Shown here piece after piece: positions 60,001 through 64,000 of a DNA stretch of 64,000 nucleotides. Source of the DNA: a virus (Duplodnaviria > Caudoviricetes); the IMG/VR virus record IMGVR_UViG_3300031992_000033, positions 59,670 through 123,669 of that record; one strand, written 5' to 3'. Each line of letters starts with the position of its first letter. Position 1 is the first letter of the stretch. The notes beneath the pieces are model-generated. The model was not told the origin of the DNA. It searched no databases and worked only from the letters and a program-made list of their open reading frames with translations. The position numbers were made by a program, and so were the translations under genes.

Positions 60001-62965
60001 AGTGGTTGATAGTTTAAATCCCGCCATGTCAAATGCGTCTGGTGAAACCGCCAACCTTATGATTAACACTCTTAAAGAGTTGGGCGTTGTTAACGCTGAG
60101 GCAGTTGTATATAGTAGGCTTGGATACTCAGCCGAATTATACGCGGAGGCAAAGGCAGAAGCCGCAAGGATAGGCTACGATTTAGATGACGACATAGCAA
60201 GTCTCGACAAGGAAACAAAAGCGCAGATTCTTGCCAGTGAAACATTAATGGATTACTACCAAAAAGTAATCATTGCTAATGCGGAACATATAAACACAAC
60301 GGAAGACGTTGAACAGTTGATGAATTTATGCGATCAATTGGGTATTACAATTGTTAAAATGGATAAATTAAATCAACTTAGAATATTAGAGAGGGATATA
60401 AACAATTCGTCTCTTCCAGAGTCGGTTAGGAAATCCCGTCAAAATGAATACGATAATCTCTTAGCGCAGACAATTGCTGATTTTAAGCAACACTCGGAGG
60501 TTAAATGGGAAGATCCTGTATACGATGCTTGGTTTGGCGACGACGAATCTGGTAAGTCTTCAGAGCAAGACTTTGACTGGATCGAGCGCATGATCAAGAA
60601 GATCCAGCGTGCTGTAAGTAACTTTGGAAAGGTGGCGGATGCCGCTTATAAGAAGTGGGAAAACAGAGTTGTTGGATTGACTGGTAAATACGAATCCTTA
60701 CAAGAAGAAATAAATATTCAACAGGCTGCTGAACAGGCGTATTTAGCCGAGGCTAATGCGGTTGGTCTTAGTGAGACATACGCATCAAAGGTGCGTGATG
60801 GTCTGCTTGATATTGAAACCATTACTAATGAGGTTCTCAAGGATCAGATACAAAGATATCAGGAATACTATGATAAGGCAACAGACGCTGCCGATGCTGT
60901 AGAAGATTTAAGAGGTGAGATTGCAAATCTGGCACAGGCTAGATTTGATAATATTACTAAGCAATTTGAAGAAATGGCACTTGCTATTGATCATGTTGCA
61001 AATCGTATTGGATCTATACAGAACAAAACAGAATCTGAGGGTTATTTTGAATCCACGCTGTTAATAGAAAAACTGTTAGAGGGAGACAAAGAAAAACTTG
61101 TTCAACTCAACGAAGAAGCAAAACAACTTGCTGCATCTATTGACGAGGCTGTAACCAATGGTGACATTGAGTATGGTTCTGAACAGTGGTGGAACATGTA
61201 TGATTCACTTCAGAACGTTAATGACGAAATCGTAGAAATGACCGCTAGCATCTCAGATCTTGGCGATCAACTCAGACAACTTGAATGGGATAAGTTCGAC
61301 TATATCGCAGACTCTATTAGTCGTCTGAAGGATGAAAATGATTTCCTTGTAGAAGTATTACAAGATGAGAATTTAATGTTCGAAAAGAATGCTCTAATAG
61401 GAGAGAAGATGTACGCTAACGGTAACATGAGTGATGCTGCTTTGGCGGTACAAGGATTACATGTCAACAACTTAAAAATACTCGAAGAAGAAAATAAGAA
61501 ATATGCAAATGAAATCAAGGAGATAAATAAAGAACTTGCCGATGATCCTAATAATAAGAAGATGCTTGAGCGTCGCAATGAACTTATTGATCAGCAACAG
61601 TCGATCATAAAGGGAATCAGCGATGAAAAGCACGCCATTAAAGACCTTATTCAGGAAGGATATGAGACATTCTTAGATTATCTACAGAAATCAATTGATA
61701 AGCATAAGCAAATATTAGAGGCTCAAAAGAGTCTGTATGATTATGAGCGTAATATTGCCGAACAAACTAAGGCAATAGGAGACTTCCAGAAACAATTAGT
61801 TGCATTAGGAGGAGATGATTCAGAAGAGAATCGTGCCCGCATGCAACAGTTAAGGGATGATCTTACTAAGGCTGAGAAGGATCTTCAAGAGACCGAATAT
61901 GAGAGATGGTTGTCCGATCAGGAAGAGATGATGGATGATCTGTACAGTGACTTTGAAAAACTTATCAATGACAAACTTGATAATGTCGATGAACTTATTA
62001 TGCGTGCCATTGATCAGACATCACAGGGTTCGTCTGAAATCTCTAAGACCATTCAGGACGAGGCTGATGAATTTTTATATGACCTCAATAATACCTCTTT
62101 CGGTGTAAACTTTGACGCACGTATTAGCGATGCTGTGACTGCCGTTAATTCGGTAGAAAACGCTATCAACAATATGATTAATGCGGCAAATATTAATGCT
62201 CAAAACGAACTTGCTCAACTTCAGGCGCTTGCGCAAACTGTTGCTACTAGTGCAGTACAAAAGGCTAGTCAGATTCCTCAGGCTAATCCTAGTACTGGAG
62301 GTGGCGGCGGAAGTGGAAGTAGCAGTGGTGGAACTCAGTCCACTGGTGGTTCTCCTAATGGAAATCCTCCCGTGGGAGAAGTAAAGAGAGATCCCGCCAA
62401 AGAGCAAGGTTTAGCAGAACAAATTGCAAAGACAACCGACTTATATAATAAATATCAAAAATTAGCAGACGATGCAGCAATTTCCGCTAGTAGATTTAGT
62501 CCTTTAAGTCATAATAAAACTGAGTGGGAGACTAAGGCTGCTGCATATCAAAAACAGGCTAATGTTTATAAAGAACAAATAGAAAAATATAAACAACAAT
62601 TAAGCGAATTGCAAAAAGGAGCATATGCTAAAGGTGGAGTTATTGGTAACGCCATCAAGAAGACTGGAGAGGACGGAATTATTCTCGCTCGTACTGGAGA
62701 AGAAGTTCTTAGTGTAGAGAAAGTCAAGCAGATGCAAGAAATATTTAAGTTAATGAAACCTCTTACTAACATTAAACCTAATAGTGAAATCATGGGCAAC
62801 ACTACGGTTAACGGAATGAATATTACATTCGACCTTCCTAACGTAACAAGTTATGAAGACTTCGTTAATAAAGCACAGAGAGATCCTAAGTTTGAAAAGT
62901 TAGTACAGAGTGTAACAATAGGAACATCGCTTGGTAAAAGCAAATTGAGTAAATACTCTATTTAA
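51074..62965 (+). CDS. tape measure protein (3963 aa)
   Basis: TP901-type core LDTAM.ELRKVT...WARLGYS...GNNYA...VGTALRTI..RIRG (~57.0-58.0 kb); helical composition; C-terminal YAKGG...GEEVL; followed by Dit. Confidence 0.9.
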   Translation: MADYEINVRLNKSQLEKSAQSIKRYIDKMENSPVKIPVEYVEKKGNSKAKSGSGSGRTFNGLIDDKIINEILSERKNKKTRSDVYGKLEKGLDDILAHSANSLKNDDTEKILNILKHALITEKSSGGSKFEGLSNDIINYLDSFVGLNSKAVDNEIKEISKAFKEWAKEIKTGTKLESLKGYDLSAGKMSKTKKASEINLNTVIKMLKEDRSNKSDQQMYDQIIRAIQTALEKEGRDYRKDKLADFEIESVMRSLLRAGLEEKGSYKNTSGRRGMYGNVRSYVGNLIDGDAMEKIYGKEPLQKLREKVAETDAYVNMFNKADISHVLPEAKKENSEIKQKVGIINNNITKYNDYLSVISSITRLLGDSLDEIGFNGERVVVGNNDSVSIPDSKSGVNFHSHPWEGWDNLAPSVSDIKFYMDTVRESADELKEAYISQRDKLFKMDFSQIDWSKISPDKLEKELIREIAKIYEKNGGQVIRSNGAITEVKASIDDNQNTIIESAVQARIAKVLGKYGGDARLARRDANGNFVDAKTGEVWKASADIARNIKEAGTQNVEAGAAMKEAAATMLKASQKMDESSDDGRVRIPPELRSSVAPNVGMRRVNGKYSLKPAKLGDEQSGLGSNAQQLLNFLVEQRDDLFKLYERSTKDPYSKGAKVFPKIEELIGILTKYLAKPDSLKNDEIKFINAVNTNFNDFKLEQAKLNKRYLLESVTGERYKTESEVEGAFERIMPLLESRKISRTQRELFKGSLFQGVNDTKFADIKKETVGNLRKLNQDIEVFSRTVDVTKGGVGTSNYVRTFATTLEPQLQRIVDLEKEITKLRGQKNPDEERIDRLESEYIQQMKFQRKRLNIPFDADRASQGMQYVRSKLDPNFSPKQGSKYAVTYEDWEKMVSYYESENDKSLERQKLFLQALGNNYKRPQAYAKRADELAEILGAEFEIPSGKYSDKQLLDMQKELDYLREYRGHRQNILKPLNELYKAVSINPDTKVTMENATNVQDIVDNLMTSIRHVKQYLNANLIPSKEGYVEIGKEDDKEVSVNAYSVDDIVAERTAKLEEKKEKLIAEENAALQKKKEAIYESLIDLPKEIDLQESIIKEKEEEYKAAREKREAVKRMSLPSDEEAISKVLRDMITGKDAVIKDKGLKKYYKQYLEGDENSIYSLAKDIQDARKGFLKTRDVENPEVFAKGTSEYRKALETNYRNSLIRDILSIKNQYDREQKELNAPLEEEKEYNAAVARLEALKEELIEAQKVAYGYTEKDKKGKLVEVAPFQKIIDEHNEKLKKIGVDIDKSLDGLKNPPAPPEPTTPPENKDVTAEGEMVIHAPYVKIVDSEKTDVIKAGVVNVNGENVNSLGGNKEKEKEPSNKSPISKSEVDTFLQKISTLLVQSEIGSGTTGAYSRTGLIKLKEDIRANNNPIGRANLKVWKELYDRFDNLTGRAKKDVASNTARNEIVDLKSKIISKGLSDDKRGLTQQEDKLSRLVENYRRGNNLNDKDFAQFEREIISEAQRAVAEQMLQDLRSNSDGLKDTISKNADKGVRYNDVFDKMSTQILNESDAISSELENVISEGFSGDIVDEMIVNDVLKRAQEEVKEVKSAVEKANDKSSYADIVDVNDIDKKINDLESIMFTSIRDTIGSSSEDIVSSVADAMGEHIEKMKAFRNSDIRPVQDYTTLVTEGDNLSKTIKNIKEINTLYEKTYNLRLKIAKAELDPNANAKYVADLKHQLDTAFSAIRKNGETAGIGEAYVEKVLGSNTEYRDYAEDLVRQIGKRTDDITKSMYRKKEQGFGYTQEFEDAVKVQKQDANNLIYQLLNIADAGENAADVLKQAVQVIDELEKTFMNAQSNKSVTVKGTQLSDLINKAKTIKSNTQGWLVDRTDKDRIAEIVNELEELQKTAPRATDEVKGLNRVHYDDLVIELNNIKGKYEELGAYGATMFTRIGKSLKAQMSAQIARYFSLYDIIRYVRTGVETIKQLDTAMVELRKVTEGTTKEYADFRKEVRATAVEIAATNKDLISSAADWARLGYSIKEATELAKDAQIFVNVGDGVDIKGATDMMITAMKAFKIEANDALSIVDAYNEIGNNYALSATDIGDAMQRSASVLAASNTSFNESIALITAADEILQDPEKVGTALRTIALRIRGAKSELEEMGEETEYVVQSTSKLRDLIKGYTSIGGKYEGFDIMEDEDTFKSLSDIIKGIGEVYDEMSDIDRTAMLEKLAGKNRSNALAAMLTNYKQIDKVLASIDESEGSALRENEHIVDSVEGRITILKTSAENFWDTFLNTDAIKGAISLLTEMLNVVTKIVDSGFGSTTLTAIAAPLVTHKLFHPYANVKTARANVDTTSAAMNAALGEQDVALQNYNAAVNELNTATATNVDAVKEKITTSYNALQESCVKATDATDAYNEATRSLTSSQKAFYNAIKANIAMFAISVAISLLTKWIQKCNEAKQAVRDLADETRESNKSLDEYTRRIAEAKNTLNDEKSSTEEIISAKQELINIQNELNESYDNYNAIIKDVNSTLDETNELLIRQRAEQIADTLREARDTGSHWYTMDSLDNEYDNAINAFFGGEDAEGFALSVDGQWDKTYDNIDDLINAYKQIMREYSEVDSTYKWAAGHVESLEKQKDEYEDIALLYGENEAVEKYSQQYEALMKAYYHNIQEGTEQSEAAVKNNLQALWESASEDNNRGVKYWLESMFNTFFDEINDAQILEKWEKAAANGVSYGSRMENILGILSTDVEGENKQLTEADILSYLNGNEIEGLSDRQKEWLQLLKETIDEAGYELDEYGTLVHKFVSDGLVYGSEEEASTAKEIAAARENALASLGMTGEQFNSLGISTNEELDIWREIVNTVDNATDAVKLYELETNNLGDNLGASSMLKNMEEQYKPVFDSLAEAYKSIWSSRGFRIDKVTSEQLEGVRSNIESLSKTLKESGLDGIDNDAINSFILTLSNSKTTSDEAHAAFNDLATIVVDSLNPAMSNASGETANLMINTLKELGVVNAEAVVYSRLGYSAELYAEAKAEAARIGYDLDDDIASLDKETKAQILASETLMDYYQKVIIANAEHINTTEDVEQLMNLCDQLGITIVKMDKLNQLRILERDINNSSLPESVRKSRQNEYDNLLAQTIADFKQHSEVKWEDPVYDAWFGDDESGKSSEQDFDWIERMIKKIQRAVSNFGKVADAAYKKWENRVVGLTGKYESLQEEINIQQAAEQAYLAEANAVGLSETYASKVRDGLLDIETITNEVLKDQIQRYQEYYDKATDAADAVEDLRGEIANLAQARFDNITKQFEEMALAIDHVANRIGSIQNKTESEGYFESTLLIEKLLEGDKEKLVQLNEEAKQLAASIDEAVTNGDIEYGSEQWWNMYDSLQNVNDEIVEMTASISDLGDQLRQLEWDKFDYIADSISRLKDENDFLVEVLQDENLMFEKNALIGEKMYANGNMSDAALAVQGLHVNNLKILEEENKKYANEIKEINKELADDPNNKKMLERRNELIDQQQSIIKGISDEKHAIKDLIQEGYETFLDYLQKSIDKHKQILEAQKSLYDYERNIAEQTKAIGDFQKQLVALGGDDSEENRARMQQLRDDLTKAEKDLQETEYERWLSDQEEMMDDLYSDFEKLINDKLDNVDELIMRAIDQTSQGSSEISKTIQDEADEFLYDLNNTSFGVNFDARISDAVTAVNSVENAINNMINAANINAQNELAQLQALAQTVATSAVQKASQIPQANPSTGGGGGSGSSSGGTQSTGGSPNGNPPVGEVKRDPAKEQGLAEQIAKTTDLYNKYQKLADDAAISASRFSPLSHNKTEWETKAAAYQKQANVYKEQIEKYKQQLSELQKGAYAKGGVIGNAIKKTGEDGIILARTGEEVLSVEKVKQMQEIFKLMKPLTNIKPNSEIMGNTTVNGMNITFDLPNVTSYEDFVNKAQRDPKFEKLVQSVTIGTSLGKSKLSKYSI

Positions 62966-62972
62966 TACTGAG

Positions 62973-63338
62973 GTGGGACAGGGGTCAAATCCTGTCCCAC
63001 TATTACGTGTGATTGAAAGGAGAATGGTCATGTTTGAAAACGCAAAACTTAAGAGACGTGAGGCACTCATTAAAAGCCTCAGAGAAGAGATTAAAGAGTT
63101 AAAGCAACTTAATATAGATGCTGAGAAATTAAAGGAAAAGCAAATAAAGACGGATGCCCTTATATATCAGTTAAACGAATTGATAGGTAAAGTGTCCGAA
63201 GAATTAAAGGGACTTAGACAGGCGAAAAAAGAATATGAAGATGAACGTTTGAAGTTTATAAAACTCAACGTTGAATATAAAAAAGACATGCAAAGGTTTT
63301 TTAAACAAATGAATATTAAAAGAGAGGGAGACACATGA
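62973..63338 (+). CDS. coiled-coil hypothetical protein
   Basis: AAAGGAG RBS; true start probably ~63023-63030. Confidence 0.55.
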   Translation: MGQGSNPVPLLRVIERRMVMFENAKLKRREALIKSLREEIKELKQLNIDAEKLKEKQIKTDALIYQLNELIGKVSEELKGLRQAKKEYEDERLKFIKLNVEYKKDMQRFFKQMNIKREGDT

Positions 63339-64000
63339 GTATTATTGCTAATGATTTTATAGACTTTTATTATTGCGGACACACAATGTCTGAATATAAT
63401 GGAATCATTGGAGACATAGACGGCGGTAGCGCGGTGTCTCCTGTAGAAATAGGAAGTGTATTAAATCTTAATCCAGTAGAAATTAAGCCACTTAAAAAGA
63501 GAAAGAGTGTGACAGCCACGTATGATGAATATGTTGAGACACAATTTTCCTTCTTCAAGAATCCTTGTAGTCAATATAGTTACTACACAAGAGAAGAAGT
63601 TGTTGAAATTATTAGGTGGTTAAATCAACCAAGGTATGAAAAGTTTTATCCAGTATATTCAGACACTTCATTGCCGTCCGTGTATTATTATGCTTCATTC
63701 AATGTTCAACCTATTATATACATAGGGAGGGTAATTGGGTTTCAATTATCTATGACCACTAATGCCCCGTTTGGATATTATGATGAAGTTACTTTTGAGG
63801 GCACGGGAATATTAACATTCCAAGACCCTTCTGATGAACAGGGATTTATATTCCCCACATGTAGTTTAACTGCCAGTGAGGATGGACATCTTATTCTTAC
63901 AAATAGCAGAGACAGTGGTTACAGAACAATTGTAGGGAATTGTAAGGCTGGAGAAGATGTTACTTTAAACGGAGAGTTTGGTACTATTACAACTTCTATG
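63335..64000 (+). CDS. distal tail protein (Dit), truncated by window end
   Basis: ATG 63335 after GAGGGAG; open to the window end; DF.Y.G..S, I.RWL and TNAPFGY motifs. Confidence 0.7.
   Translation, partial: MSIIANDFIDFYYCGHTMSEYNGIIGDIDGGSAVSPVEIGSVLNLNPVEIKPLKKRKSVTATYDEYVETQFSFFKNPCSQYSYYTREEVVEIIRWLNQPRYEKFYPVYSDTSLPSVYYYASFNVQPIIYIGRVIGFQLSMTTNAPFGYYDEVTFEGTGILTFQDPSDEQGFIFPTCSLTASEDGHLILTNSRDSGYRTIVGNCKAGEDVTLNGEFGTITTSM

Noticed and set aside
1-64000. Stop-codon reassignment
   Set aside because: Long genes (3963, 854 and 703 aa) are intact under the standard code, and gene packing is tight.

Overview
This window is part of the genome of a large tailed dsDNA phage (siphovirus-like, with an SPbeta-like gene order). 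GGAGG ribosome-binding sites and sigmaA-type promoters suggest a Firmicutes host. (1) 1-18.8 kb is a leftward arm of about 45 mostly small genes, including a HicA-like protein, GP88-like, DUF932, PcfJ-like and pentapeptide/DUF5758 proteins. (2) 18.8-19.95 kb is a non-coding divergence point. It holds a promoter- and terminator-bounded, multiply pseudoknotted ~460-nt RNA candidate, a G-run/AT-rich origin- or terminus-like tract and a downstream wHTH gene. (3) 20-28.7 kb is a rightward block with a SleB-like hydrolase, an RlmN/Cfr-like radical SAM enzyme, a YonO-like single-subunit RNA polymerase, ClpP, a metallophosphoesterase and a tRNA-like element. The polymerase is split by a 342-nt group I intron just before its catalytic DxDxD motif. 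(4) 28.7-64 kb is the morphogenesis module: terminase, a 7-kb accessory block of modular fibre/enzyme genes with matched terminal motifs, portal, protease/scaffold, capsid, neck and tail genes, RuvC, a 3963-aa tape measure protein with a JAB/MPN-like motif, and a partial distal tail gene. All functional calls come from motif recognition and synteny by eye; no searches were run.
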